Assembly: GCF_964355755.1 (NCBI RefSeq)
Contig: NC_092677.1
Coordinates: forward strand, 9,384,101-9,448,100
Source of the DNA: Antedon mediterranea
Lineage: Eukaryota > Animalia > Echinodermata
DNA length: 64,000 nucleotides
Direction: 5' to 3'
A program made the position numbers and the translations under genes. Every line of letters begins with the position of its first letter. Position 1 is the first letter of the stretch. Below are positions 40,201 to 55,200 of this stretch, one piece after another. The notes beneath the pieces are model-generated. The model was given only the letters and a program-made list of their open reading frames with translations, was not told the origin of the DNA and searched no databases.

Positions 40201-43200
40201 TTTCGTCTTTTAATACTTTTAATGATAAATTATAATGTATTGTAAAGATCTAATAATATCACAGACAGTACAAATAAGTAGCCTGAGTAGAATAAGTGTA
40301 GAAACAGTATGTACAGTATTGTAGAGGAGTGTAATGTTAAAACATGTGTACCTCTAAAAATGTATAAATACAGAAAATGTCTAAATCCAAATATAATTTT
40401 TGAATATGAGTTGTGTATAAAATCTTTAAAATTGTTGTTGCTATCCTCTCGATACAATATGTTAAAAAGATTAAAATCCAACAATATTTCATAACCTTGC
40501 AAAGTAATTGCCTTTTTAGTAGAGATGAACTGTAAATAAAAGCATATTATTATTACCTTACAAGGTAAAATAACAAATAAAAATAAATTATTATTAATAA
40601 TATCACATAATCAGTATATGGAATAATATCATTATTAATATTATAATCATCATTTTGTAGTACAAAGAAAGAATAGAAATCATAAAAACTTTCGTACTAT
40701 CTTACTTGGATTTAAACCAATCCTTCTGTCCAAAGTGAGAGAGATAGAAACCCTATCTTATGTTAAAGCCCCCTTCCCTACGTTTTTTAGATCTAATTTA
40801 AGATCACAAACTATATTTAATGTAAAAATAATACTATATGGTCCTATTGCGATAACTTTTTTCGTCTTTAAACGGTTAAAAATGTGAAAAATAAGTCGAT
40901 TCTAATAATTATAGCGGCCCGCTATAAATCCCAAAATGCATTGCGCGTGGATTGATATTTTTGTTTTTCACCTGTAATTCGCCCACTTTTCGATCGATCG
41001 TGTGAGGCCAAAACAAATGGAAGACTCCTAACTTTTCAGCGAAAACGGAGTCTGGCAAAAATAAAAAGACAATTAATGCAGCAACTATACAACGTCAGGC
41101 TAGGTATATAGCTAGTGTACGATGTTTGTACGTTACCGATGTTTACCAGCTAGGCCTACAAAACTAAGCTAGCTAGCTAGGCCTAAGACCGTCCACGAGA
41201 GGTCAGTCGCCGCGAGCTACTTAGGTAGTGCATTGTTTCTCACTTTTTATCATAATTTACCATAAAACGTACATTTAAGACAAGGAATGACATGGTTTAA
41301 TGTTTTTAAAGTGATATATATGTATTATTTTCCAAAAAACGTCCAAAATTGCAGGGAAGGGGTCTTTAAAGTCTTCTATTCTAGTCTTCTATTTCCATTT
41401 TATGTATTATTAAGTGAAGAGGGGTTCACTGACTACAAACACCACTGATGGTTTGTGTATTAGTTAGTAGGGCAGTAAATAGGGAGCTTGTGATTTTGGA
41501 CCTACTGTATAGAAACTAGTTGCATAATGAATGTTAATTTGTAGCCACAATAAATATTTACTGACATTATTCGAAATGATTCATTTCATAATAATTAGAA
41601 TTGGGAGTATTATATTCTTTCCTGGATATTTTTATCTTAGGATTCTGTACTTTACTGTTTTCTTGCATGTGGAAAAAGTATAGTTTAATTTTATTGTCCA
41701 TTTTACAATTTATTATTATCCAGTGTGTTTTTATTTCCATTGTCTCTTATTCTATAACAATAGATGAGTCAGCTAAGCTGTTGTAATATTTGTATTTTGG
41801 TCTTAACAATAAACAATGGAATTCCATTTTACAAGTCAAAATCCCTTGTAACTACCTTTTGTGTACATACAGGCGAATACAAGGTATAAACGGTTGATGT
41901 TATTTTATTATTAGCGATGATGATGGCTATCAATAGACTATACAAAAATGTGGTGTTCTGGTCCATTTCAGAACCTGCTGGGCTCCACCAATCACTTTTT
42001 TGGTTTCAAGAAAAGGGAATTTCTTGTTTTCAGAGAGTCTGGTCTCTGTAGAGTTTTTTTTTTTTCTTTATGTGGGAGCATCCCACTTTTATTTCAAACA
42101 AACATCATATAGAAAACGGTAATATACATTTATACAATTGCATTTTTGTTATCTGTTTGAATTACTAATGATTTTTGTATTTATTTCTATACCTATTATC
42201 ATTATTCACCATAATTATTTTCTATTTTTTATACACGTCATCATCAATGCATTTCATTTATTTTATAATCTTTGTACATACATTATCAATTAACTTTTGA
42301 ACAATTTTTTTCTTTTTAATTCTTACTTTTTCTTGAAAATAAATACAACTTAAAATGCGTTTTTATCTTCAATTAATTTTTATACATGTTAACGTTAATG
42401 CATTTTCTTTCTTTTATAATCTATCGAATTAACAAATTTTTGTATAAATACAAATACGATGCGTTTTTATCTTTAATTAAATTTTTATACATGTCATCAT
42501 TAATACATTTCCTTTCTTTTATAATCTTATACTAGGTATCCCAATGAAAAAATTCAGATTAATTTTTTTACTTTTTCTTTCAGTTAACCATAAAGAACTT
42601 AATGTAATTAGCATTTTGCAATTTAAATGATTGAAATCCGATTATCCGTTCTAAAGTTATGGTTATTTAAAGTGGTAAAAAAATATACGATTTTTTGCCT
42701 AAAATGGTGTTTTTTGCAGTTGAAATTGGAAGCATTTTTAAAAGGTTATAACTTTTACAATAATTAGTTAAAAGTTTTTAATTTTGTTAAACCTATAGAT
42801 ATCACAGAGTTGTACAACTCTATTTTTTTTGGAGCCTCAACGAAACCTATTTTTTAAATTATTGGTCCGCAAAGTGGTAGGAAAGCATTTAGCGCCCATT
42901 TTTGCTGGAATTCCCTAAAAAAAATGAAAAAAATGCAATTTTTCAATGATCTGTAACTTTTGAACTACTGTACTAATTCATTTAATTTTTTTTGTACTTG
43001 TTAGAATGTAGTGTATATTTCATTAATAAATATATTTTAGATGTGTATATGAAAAAAATTTTTTAATGGTGAAATTTAAAATTATAAAAAAAAAAAATGA
43101 AAAAGTATGTTAAAAACGGTGTGTACTGTTTCCTTTCTTTTCGGTAAGTATAATTATTAGAATATTTTAATATACTTTATATTTATAATTTCAATCATAA

Positions 43201-46200
43201 ATACTATTATATATAACTTTTGAATATGTAAAACAAGATTTTAGGCCCGTATGATTATGACACCAAATCTAAGCCGGGCTGCTAAGTAAGATATGCTCTT
43301 TTAAGGCAAACGCACAATATGGGTCAAAATAAACTCATTTAAAATAATCAATGTTAATTAAAACAATTAATTGTTTACCTGAATAGTATATATAACATTA
43401 TAAAAATTGTTTTCTTTTCGTATTATTACGTTACTAAATTGAAATACGGAGCTAAAGTTTAGGCCAAGTCACGGCTTACTCGCAATCAGTAGTCGCTCCC
43501 GTTAAAAGTATTTCGGTCGCAGTTAATGACTTTCGACCGCCGTACACAGAGTCAAATGTAACGTTGGTAAATTAGCTTAATAAATTTCTTCGGTACATTT
43601 TAACCTAACGCATTTGCATTGTATACTTGCATAATAAATCTTCCGCACATTACATCAATTTTAAGTTGTTAAATTAATGTGTAAAACCAGATATTCTACG
43701 ACGGAAAAGGACATGTCAATCTCCGACATCGCTGCTGTCACACATCTCGCGTCGAGCCGGTCGAACTCGAGCGAGGAAAACTAAACAACGTGTTCAAAAT
43801 ATGGAACGTACCATTCGCTGATAGGGTGCATTAATGTATTTAACGGAAAACGCCACAACAAACGCGCGTATTTTAGGGTACAATATTTTACTCACTACAA
43901 TATTCACCGGATTATAATGGTTGGATCTTTAAAATTTTGAACGGGATTTACGCCTCATGCACCATTTAAAATGTAGTTCGCACAATTACCATGCACAATA
44001 CGTTTGTAAACTCTGTTTTATCGATTTCAATGTAGATTTAGCTATAATTTAATACCAAAATCCATAATATTTTTCCATAAACGGTGAATCAAAATTGGAT
44101 TTTTGTCACAAAAATTGACTTTTCGTTACGAAAAACCTATTTATAGAAGACGATTTTCGTATCAAATTAAAGCTTATTTAAAGCCTGATAACATACAACA
44201 AAAATTAATCCGCTAGCTCCAATGGTAATCGTGCGATCGTGTTTTGAAAACTGATGGGGATTTTCCGATGAGGTTTTCAACGCACGGAAATCGGCTCGAC
44301 GGGATTTTAGAACCGTTTTAAAATCGCATTTTCTCGGCAACTAATTCATTAATTTTAATTATAAACACACTTATACATAGATTAAAACAAGTACTTTCAA
44401 ACAATATAAATTTTGTAAGTATTAATTAAGATTGAATACGATTTATTTAACATCAAAGTCATACTACTTTTTCGAATTTCGTCAATATTTCAAAAGTGAT
44501 ACCCCTCTGTGCGCTTTCATTGGGATACCTACTTATACATTAATTACTTATATTTTTTTACATTATCAATTAACAAAAATTGTTTTCTCTTTTTAACAAT
44601 TTTATCTTTTTAATTCTTGCTTTGCTTGAAAATAAATACAAATTAAAATGCGTTTTTATCTTATATAGATTATATTATAGTTAAGGGGATAATATTATTC
44701 TTTGAAATAATGCAGCAAAATAAAAGGTATATAGTTTAAAGTACAAAACATATGGGTCATGACCAACAGATTTAGATTTGGTCTCAGTAGAGTTGCCTGA
44801 CTTACATTACAGCATACAGCAATACAATGTGTAAGCCATAACAGTTGAAGAACCAGAACTATAAGTTTAAATTCCTGCATGGTGTAGTGTACTTTAAACA
44901 AGTCTACTTTAGTAATAAAGATCTTTTGGTAACAGAACAGAAGTATTATGATACCCCTTGATACCACCTCCTTAGGCATCAGCACAAGATTCTCATTGTC
45001 AGTTGAAAAACCAAAAATTCCATGTGTACAACCAGAGGTAATTACTTAATTTACCACCACCTATAAATAAAATGTATATTTCACATTTTGTAACAATCAT
45101 TTACTATTTCCATGGTAACACATTTTTTGACCTTAAAGATAATTTGATTTTTTGCTTGGGTTGAGATATCTTCAAAAGGTCAAGAGAATACTGTGATAGG
45201 AAATAAAATGAAGTACTTGTTATTCTATTGAGGTGAATGGTTGATGAAAGGTTGCAGTACTTATACCTGAATAAACCCTATTTGGCTTATTCTCCAAACT
45301 ACTGTATTCTCTAAAGCTCTGTCTCTATTATCAGACGAGTTCTGACAAACAAAAATGTGATATGCCCAAATATGGTAGTGATATGCCCAAATATGGTAGT
45401 GATATGCCCAAATATAGTAGTGATATGCCCAAATATGGTAGTGATATGGCATCATTGTGTCCATATATGGGCACATCACATTTGTTTTGTCACAAAAAGT
45501 TTGATGGTATAGACAGAGCTTCAAAATAGTATATGTGTATGTGCATTTGACAGCTTTTTGAAAATTCAAACCTAATATATGCAATGCTTTATGATGCTCA
45601 ATATTTTATATCATAAAGTCTTTTGCGTGTCATACTTGACAGGACTTGTCAAAATGTGTGTGTTAATTACGCTACTACTGTACTATGCAATGTTGCCATT
45701 TATTCAACATGTGAAAGTATTATTTTTTCTGGCATAATATGTTTCTAACCATGTAAACATTCAAACAAATAGTAAACTTGTTTACTCATTTCACAACCTT
45801 TTCCAATTCCTTGTTAGGGATAAAACGTAATTGATGTTGAAAGTTATTAAATCATACATCATTAATTTATATAGTACACAGCTTGTAACCTTTTAATTGA
45901 GTCGATTCACCCCAGCTAATGTCACATTAAGTTGTGAAATTTATCAGCTGTAGTAGCATCTAGAATTTGTTATTGCTCGGTTCTTTGTAGCCGGATTATC
46001 GCAGGACTCCAACTTAATTAATTTTGCTGAACTAGAGTGTTATTCTCATGTCCAGTCATAGACATTAATGTAGTTTTTAAGCTTTCTGAATAACAATTTG
46101 TCACTATTTATCGGCCTATAGTCAGACAGAGGCTAGCAACGTCAAAATGATCCAGGCAGGAAAGGAAGTTTTTAAAGCCTAGAATTTTAAATATGGAGGC

Positions 46201-49200
46201 TGAATTTATAATTTTGTGAAACAAACACCATTTTTTAGATTCAGACAAAATTTTGTCCTAGTAGTATTTAATAACACAAAGACTGATCATGTTTGTAACA
46301 AAACTGCAGTGCCTACAGTATATTGGAATTCTGTCTATTGAAAGTTTTTCCAACAGTTATTTATCCAGTTTATAAATCAAATATTTAATACAAAGTTTAG
46401 TTTTCTTGATGTAAACATTGATTGTTCTTTGTTTAATCATTAGTACTGTATCAGTAACAATGATCAAAGTTCTCATTTTAAAACAATATCACTACACGAT
46501 TTCACACTCAATCAAAGGTTAATGTTTATTTGAATAGAGAATCTACATTAATATTACTTTGTTTAACTTTTCCCTTTACTTAAACTTATAAAGAAATTGG
46601 CAAGGCAACCAGAAGAATGAAGGGAGAAAGAAAAGAAACATAAATGATATCAACACTGTTTTATGATTTAGTTTCATAAACATTTTTTCTGTTTGTTGAG
46701 TACATTACCTCCACTGAAAATAGTGTACCTGTTCCATAACAAACTTTTGGAGAAACTAATCAACCAACAGTAGGTTCACAAATGATAAAATCGCTGTATG
46801 AATATGAATATAAAATAGCTGCAAAATGTTTGCAGTATGAAATCAGAAAATAAGGCCAAGGTTTGAGATAAAACAGTTCATCGTAGCATAAACAGAGCGG
46901 AAATAATATACATGTCTTCCTTTTCGTTCCAATGCATTTGTTTACAGTGTAATAGATTTCATAGGTTTTTGGTTGGATGAAGATTTTGAGGTGTTATAAT
47001 TGTGTGTGAAACACCTCATGCATTCAGACAAAATTGAATATCCTTTACACAACAATACAACAATTATGTTTTTTACATGCATAAAAACATGTTTTTATAT
47101 TCCTACAACCTAGGGCTCTGTCTACACCATCAAACTTTTTGTGGAAAAAAAATGTGATGTGCCCATGACATGATGTGATGTGATGGCATATCACTACCAT
47201 ATTTTGGCACATCACAATTTTTTTTCAAACTTGTTTGATAGTGTAGACAGAGCTTAACACACTAATACTCTACACCAAAACCAACCCCCTCATTATCGAC
47301 AACATCCTTCCAACCTTCACAATTCAAAATTTCTACATCTGTACCTGTAAGACTAAATTGCTCACTCAATAAATTAACTAATGTAATATTCAATAATGGA
47401 AAAAATATCATTCTACTTTACTACTGTACTGTAGATGGATCAAATTTGACAATTATGAATTTTGAAGATTTAAAAATTGAGAGACCTTTAAAAAGTAGAG
47501 AAAGATGACCTAGTTCTGTTTGATTTTTTGTCGAAATAATCACAAAATATTGTAAATGATATGGATAATTGCTTTTTAAAAATAGCTGTTCATATTTAGT
47601 TTATTAGGTAATATTTATAACAAATAGAAGTTTTAAATATTAAAGTGTACGTTTAAAAATTAATGAAAATGCTTTCTTAAGAGTTTGTTTTTGTATAATT
47701 TCTCCTTGGATAAATATTTCAGATTCAGATTTTATTATTTTTCTGCATTGTATGAGAATATTAAATGGAAACTAGATTTGAACTCGTCACTACGGACGAG
47801 TTAGGTTATCCGCAGCGCAAAGGCCACGTGCACGTCATACGTTATAATATTGCGCGCAGAAAAACGATTATGCCATTGAAAAAATGTTAGCGCGCTCTCT
47901 ATTTTGTGTCACGAATGAGTATATACGGTATAACACTATGTACTGTATACGTACTACATACAGTTCAGAATATTTGAAAATAAGTGACCAACGTAATTGA
48001 CGCTTTTGGACATGATGACGTCATCACAATTTTAAAAATGGTGAATCATGCGAAAGATAATTGATTGATCTAGACAAAATTAAAAAAATTGAGGGAAATG
48101 GAATACGGATAAGTAGAGATGCGCTCTATTAAATTTGACGAGCTATGACGAAAGAGAAAAAAATCCTATATTTTATTATTGCGTGGCCATACGATGACGT
48201 CACAATGTCCGGTTAGCTATATTGATGCATGATTCGATATCTACAACTCATCTACTTCCAGAATATGTAATTTAAAAAAAGTTCACCACGTAGTTTAGAA
48301 TTTATGACTTTTTAAAAAAAGGCATAATTTTCACGAATTTTTTAACTTTTTCATCAAAAACGCGTGCAAATTATCCAATTCTACGTGCTCGTATGACGTG
48401 ATTTTAAGTCGAAATTGTTTGAAAGTTGGTAAATTTTCTAAAAAAGACAGAAAAAACAAAAATCAAGCAAAAAAATGATGTTTTTGCGCTACGTGCGCAC
48501 GTGCGCGTAAAAAAATTGCGCACGCGTGGGAATTTTTGAAATGCTCAAAATGACATGAAACGCGTAGAAAGTTGATTAGATATTGATTTTTCGCAATTTG
48601 AAATTTTAAACGCGCGTGCGCGCGTAACTTTTTGTGAAACATGCCATTTTTAATCCATAGAAAGTTTGCGCATTATATGACTTAAATGTTCACCAAGTTT
48701 CAATACAAAACGACTTTTAGTTTTTATTCTATGATCAATCATTGAAATTCACAAAATCGCGCGTAACTTACGCTGCGCAACTCCGAAATCGTCCAAAAGC
48801 TTGGCTGCACATCTACAGCTACAGGTCAATCTTATGACAAAGTTATACAATGTTATATTTGCCAGAATTAGAGATATGCGACCAACAAAATTCGTGGAAA
48901 GAAAGAAGAACAAAGAAAAAGAAAAAGAAAAAAAAAAAAAAAGATCCTGACAATAATAAGGGGTTATCCGCCAAGTGCGGATAACCAAAAAATAAAGAGT
49001 ACACACAGTACAACGTTTTGTAAAAACTAAGTAAACTGTAGTGTCGTTATCTAAAACACTATACAGACACTAAAATAGTACAGTATCTATCCACCAGTAA
49101 AATTACAAAAACCAACAGTGGTGTTGGTAGTCTATGAGTGCTGCTTACCTAGATTAACCGACAATATAGCCAATCTAGCACCAGACTAAACCTAGTCAGC

Positions 49201-52200
49201 GGCGGGCGACAAGTAAGTGCAGAATTGAGGTTGCCACTGACACCTGGTTAGCGGATACATCCAATAGATAAAATGAAGTGAACATAGATTGCGTCTGCGC
49301 CACCAAGCGGCTTCAGAATGTCAGAGAGAGGGACTCCTGTGAACAGTGCCCAAGATGTGGCGACGCCACGCACCTGGTGCATATGCGCAGGAGGAGGAGT
49401 GTCCGAGGATTCGTATCCAGTGCGAATTGCTGCAACAATCCAATTTGCGATCGTTGACCTCGCTGCCGGACAGAATGGGGACAGTGAAGCGATAAACAGT
49501 GTGAAACACCATCTCGCAAAGCTCTGGTTCTGTTGACACCAGAACCTGTCCTCCTCAACCTCTGAAATTGAGGCAATGGTGGGGACGAATACGGCAGGCG
49601 GCGAGAAATTTAACGTTTGCATCTTAGCTAGGAAGTCCTTCCTGAAAACTAGCCGAACGCCACCTCGCTCAAACCTGATATTAAAAAAAAAACATTTATT
49701 TTCCTCCATTTATTTATTTTCCTCCAGGATATAGCCTGGTTCTAAGGAGCGAGTGTGTAGTTCGCCTCGACTCCACTGCCAGCAAGAACGCCGTCTTTAG
49801 CGAAAGATTGTAAAGGGTGGCCTTATGTAAAGGCTCAAACGGTGGACGTGTGAGAGCGGCTAGGACGTCGAAGGAGGCCGTTCTCTAAACATGCCACGCA
49901 GCAAACTTGATATTGTGGTGGATGTTGAGACGCTCAAACCGTCTGGAAGAGTCTGTGTAATTGCACCTATGGCAAACCGATAGCCGGATATGATGCGGAC
50001 CTGTAAACCTGACTAAAACAGGTAATGCAGGAAAGCACCTACCTGCCCCAATGTCACAGTCTTGGGGTTGACCGGCTGGCGCTTGCACCAGTTAAAGTAA
50101 TGCTTCAGACAGCTATCATAGACGGTGAGTGTTGATTCCTGGCGGGACTTCGTCGCGAAGGCGGCCGGACCATCTGGTATGTTCGAATCTCTGAGCTGAT
50201 CCCTGACAACGGCCATGCAGTCAGGTGTAGTGATCAGAGGTTCGAAGTGGAGAACCTGGCTCGGCCCTAAGTCAGCAAGTCCTCTCATACCGGTAGACGG
50301 AGGGGCTGATCGTAAAGCAGACTGTTGATCAGCGGAAACCTGTGCGTCAGGACGATTGGAATGATCGAAATCGGCAGGAATGCATACGCCCATAGACCGT
50401 CCCACGGGATAGATAGCGCATCCATTGCCCACGTCTGAGCATCCCTGACGCGACTGTAATACGTCAGGCGCTGAGTGTTGACTGATGACCCAAAGGGGCC
50501 GCCCGAAGTGGTTGAAAAAAAATAGATCACGGCCGCCGAAGGAGTCGTCAGTCGTAAAGTGTCTGAAATCGCCCTGTGCAATGTCCGTAGCCTGAAGGAT
50601 GTTCATGCGGCGAGCCGCGAATGCCGTAAGCGACATCGTTGTTTGTTGATCGGCTACCAAGCCATGATGAGTAAGTTAATAATATCCAGATCATTATGTG
50701 GCGGGTGTTTTGGATCCGCCAAGAAAGAAAGAAGATATCCCGCCATCGACGTAGCTCGGATAGTCTTGCAGGCCGCTCTGTCAACAGTTGACTGAACCTC
50801 CTCAGACCTAACACACTCCGCACTAATGAAGTTTGACTTACTTGCGTCTACGCCTTGGTCTTCGCGGACCCTTCCCTTAGCGGCGTCCAGAATGACGGGC
50901 GCCCCGATATATTGTTCAAACTGGTCAGTAGTCACTGGAAAGGCTGCTCCGAGAACAAATAACGCAGGCTTAGGAATCTTCGGTTCCTTAGCAATAAGAT
51001 TGATCCGATCTATAAGTTAAGGATCGAGCAGCACGACCGGGTACGTGGAGGTCTTCTTCAGCGACGTGCGTAGACCGAACGTCGAAAAATGTTTTGACGA
51101 TGGCATGGGCTTAGTCGACTCCCAAGAAACTCGAAGCACGAATGCCTGGCAGGCCCTCACCCTCCAGTCCCTCGCACTCTCTCGCACAACGGCGGTACGA
51201 AAAGAAATGATGATGATACTACGTTGAATGGCTCCCTCTTGAGGGCATGGTTGCGGGTGCGTGCATTATCCGATAGGGGTGCTATTTTATATATACAGAT
51301 TTTTTTTTTTCGTAATTGTATCCCTCTCTTCGGAGACAGGCTATATTGTCGGTTTATCTAGGTAAGCAGGCACGAAATAGACTCAGTTTTACAGTCATTT
51401 ATTACTAAAATTGACAAATTGATGAATTTCCAAAAGTACACTAAAATTATTTTAGACTAAAATACTATAAATAGACATTATGATGTGCCCAAAATAAGTT
51501 TTTAAATAATAATAATATAATTTTATATTATAATTAAAATAATACTTATTCCAAAAGTATAGTATTCTTTTATAGTTTACAATTTTGAAGTAAAGTCAAA
51601 AGAAAAATAGGTTCAAATTAAGTTTACAGTGTAATTATGATTATATTAAAGAGATTCCAGGGCAGGCAGCTATACTGATGCATAATCCATTATATTATGA
51701 CCATAAAATGCATTGAATCCGATGACTTGATTAAATCTACATAAAAATTGTATCCATTAGTATTTAGCTCTGTCTACACAATCAAACTTTATGTGACAAA
51801 AAATGTGATGTGCCTATATATGGACATGGTGATGTCATATCACTACCATATTTGGGCATATGAATGCCATATTTGGGCACATTACACTTTTTTGTCAAAC
51901 TAGTTTGGTAGTGTAGACAGCTTTAAAAAGGTTTCATGAGTATCAAAAAACCTTTTGGAGGCCTAAGCCTAAGGATATTATAATTCCAGTGCTACAGTAG
52001 GTGGGACACACAAACTTTCATCTACCCAGACTAAAACTTGCCTAAAGACCTTGCACCCACCTTTATTTCAACATCCAGCAACCATACAAAGTTCTATTAC
52101 CGTATATCGTCAAGTATAGTCCCACTTCGAGTCTAATCCCACCTCCTACTATTTATCTATTTTCACCAATGTCCCCGGTTATAGTCCCGGTCTTGATATT

Positions 52201-55200
52201 TGATCTGAGTGAAGACCTCTAGCCAGTTCAGATGAGTTTTTACAAGAAATACTTACCAATCATTTTATTTCCTGAACCAAGATTAGCCTGTGTATAGTCC
52301 CACCAAAAAAATCCAATTTCATGTTCTAGTGGGGAGGGGGGGGGGGGATTATACCAGAGGATATACCATAAGTAGTTCTGTATATTATAAAACAAAGTAA
52401 TCTTTAATATTTGTTGAATCAACTTATGAAATTATTTTTCCCCAATTAACACAAACATTCATTACGATAATATGTTGCATTGGCCAATCTTAATATAATA
52501 TGATTAATTAATTATTATAATATAGAGGCCATTTGCACCAGTAAAGATAATAACTCATAATTATTAATAATGTTTCATCAATAATTCTATAATTAAAGTA
52601 TGACTAGTAACAATCAATAATGAACTGGCACATTAACATATTAAACAATGTCCCTTTAAAATCTATGTAGGGAGAGTTATTCAAAGCTGTTTAAATGACA
52701 GATTCATTATACTGTCATAGACAGACATTAATATATTAATACTATTAACGAGTGTACACATGTCCTAGTATACAAAAGGATAGGCAATGATTCCAAGCCT
52801 CTTACACTACAAGAACATTCCCACAATTGAACTCGATCATCTAATACAAAGTTATATAGTTAATAATTTTAGTATGAAGTTTTAACTTGGTACCTATTTT
52901 ATTTTACTATTTTTTCATAAAGCAAATATTTTATACAAAGATGCAAAAGATAACCCATTGCTGTTGAAACCGTTTATTATATTTATATTAATAACTGATG
53001 ATAATTGTACACCCAGACCTTTAGACATCAAACAACAATAATATTAATATCTATAAATAATTGCATATTACGGGCCGATTGGACTGTATCTGTAATCTTT
53101 TGCAAAAATAAATATTTGATTGGCTGGAAAGCAAGAACATTATGCAAATATAGTATGAATACAATGATATAATTCCAAGTAAATATTGTTTGCACTAAAT
53201 GACAAAGTGACCCTGCGATATATTATATGGTTCAGGCTTTAATGATCAGTTATTGCACATGAATCTGTGTTTATTAATAGTTTGATTCTTGCTAAGCTTA
53301 CCTGGATAAACCCACATAGGCCTTTTTCCCACCAAGCAAAGAGCAAAGGACAAAGCTTTTAGAACCTATCCCTTTGTATACACCCACATAACGGAAACAG
53401 TTTCCTATGAAATGAGCAAGTAGAGATGTTTTAACACTACAACGGTGGCCAACCCCTATTCAGAGGACATCCTATTAAGGTAACCAACCCCTATTCAGGG
53501 GACACCCTATTAAGGTGACCAACCCCTATTCAGGGGACACCCTATTAAGGTAACCAACCCCTATTCAGGGGACACCCTATTAAGGTGACCAACCCCTATT
53601 CTGGGGACACCCTATTAAGGTGACCAACCCCTATTCAGGGGACACCCTATTAAGGTGACTAACTCCTATTCAGGGGACATCCTATTAAGGTGACCAACCC
53701 CTATTCAGGGGACACCCTATTAAGGTGACCAACCCCTATTCAGGGGACACCCTATTAAGGTGACTAACTCCTATTCAGGGACATCCTATTAAGGTGACCA
53801 ACCCCTATTCAGGGGACACCCTATTAAGGTGACTAACTCCTATTCAGGGGACATCCTATTAAGGTGACCAACTGAGGACATCGTATTAGGGGACATTTTA
53901 TTGGGTCCCATCAATAGAGGTGTTACTGTATTCCAAACCAGTAGCAGCAACATGCCCATAGATGGTACAATAAAATCCTACAATGAATTATTTTATCATG
54001 AATTCTCATGTGCAGTTAAACTGCCTCATCATTATGAGTTATTGGACTCAGTGAGAATAATTTATATTTAAATATTGAACATTGTTTTATGACAAAGTGA
54101 TTGAGATTTACAAGTTGAATTTTTAGAATCATGCAGCAAATTGACAGCACATGATTTTATGACTTATACAACTTGAGAGATTCATTAAAATGTCAAAACT
54201 ATAATCTTTGATAGATAACCTTTTTTTTACATTCAAGCGGACTTTAGTTTACAAAGCTTTTATCCTACTGTATTGCATACAATTTCCTGATTTAATTTTA
54301 TTAAATACACTGTATATAGTATAGTACAGTACTATATATAATATAGTAATTTTATAGTATTTTTTAATTTATTAGGTATAAGTTCTAGGTCAGTCTGAGC
54401 CATCTACAGTAATCAACATTCAGAAAACTTTTAAAATGGTGCCTAAAGTAGGCCTATTTGTTTTTATCTAATTGTAAGATTGGTTTTGAATAGGCTTTCT
54501 GTACACTATACCAACAAACTTAATAAACTTCTTTCAATACAATAAACAGTATGTCTGGTTTTCCATAAATTCTACTGTTTAGAATATGTTTTTACTAGTA
54601 TTACTGTTTTTAGGAGAGTTTTCAGTGTGTATCCAATATTGTAAGAATCGTCTGAATACATTTTATATAGTGGATTTAGCGTTTTACAATATGGTTGACT
54701 ATATGTTTTAAATTAAATTATCTTTCCATGTATGAAAAGGGTCACATGATGTCCAGCAGCCAATCCACAAAGCAGCTCTATGGATTAGTACAATGGGGTA
54801 AACCTCCTACCAAATGTTGTACAGGGTTTTTAAAGATTACAGTCTTATTCAAGAAGGGATCAATCAGTCATGACAATGCACATTTTTTTTTTTTTGGCAT
54901 TTTGATCCCCTAGTCTTTCAGCCCAGACATCGACGTGCCATGCCTCCTAGAAAGGATCCAGGCTTGCATAAATACCTTCTCTAATCTAAAGCCTCTTTGA
55001 ATGGAAAACATGATATAAAAATATCATTCTACTAATGTTTTATTATCGTCACACTTGCATTCTCAAATGTAGGAGAGTTAAATTATGATGCAGTCTGTGA
55101 ATGTACAGTATTGATAACTACAATGTGCATCAGATAGATATTTTAAGCGTTACACATTTAGATTTATTGTTCAATTTAACATTCTGAATTGTCAAAATGT

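Noticed and set aside
41873-41883. Possible 11-nt micro-exon (cag|GCGAATACAAG|gtat) in SLC7A6OS intron 1
   Set aside because: Its length would shift the frame between phase-0 exons 1 and 2; no other support.
49248-50935. Bacterial or phage integrase, or horizontal transfer, suggested by the GC-rich island
   Set aside because: Domain order (gag-like, methyltransferase-like, YR) and the inverted termini fit a eukaryotic DIRS retroelement.
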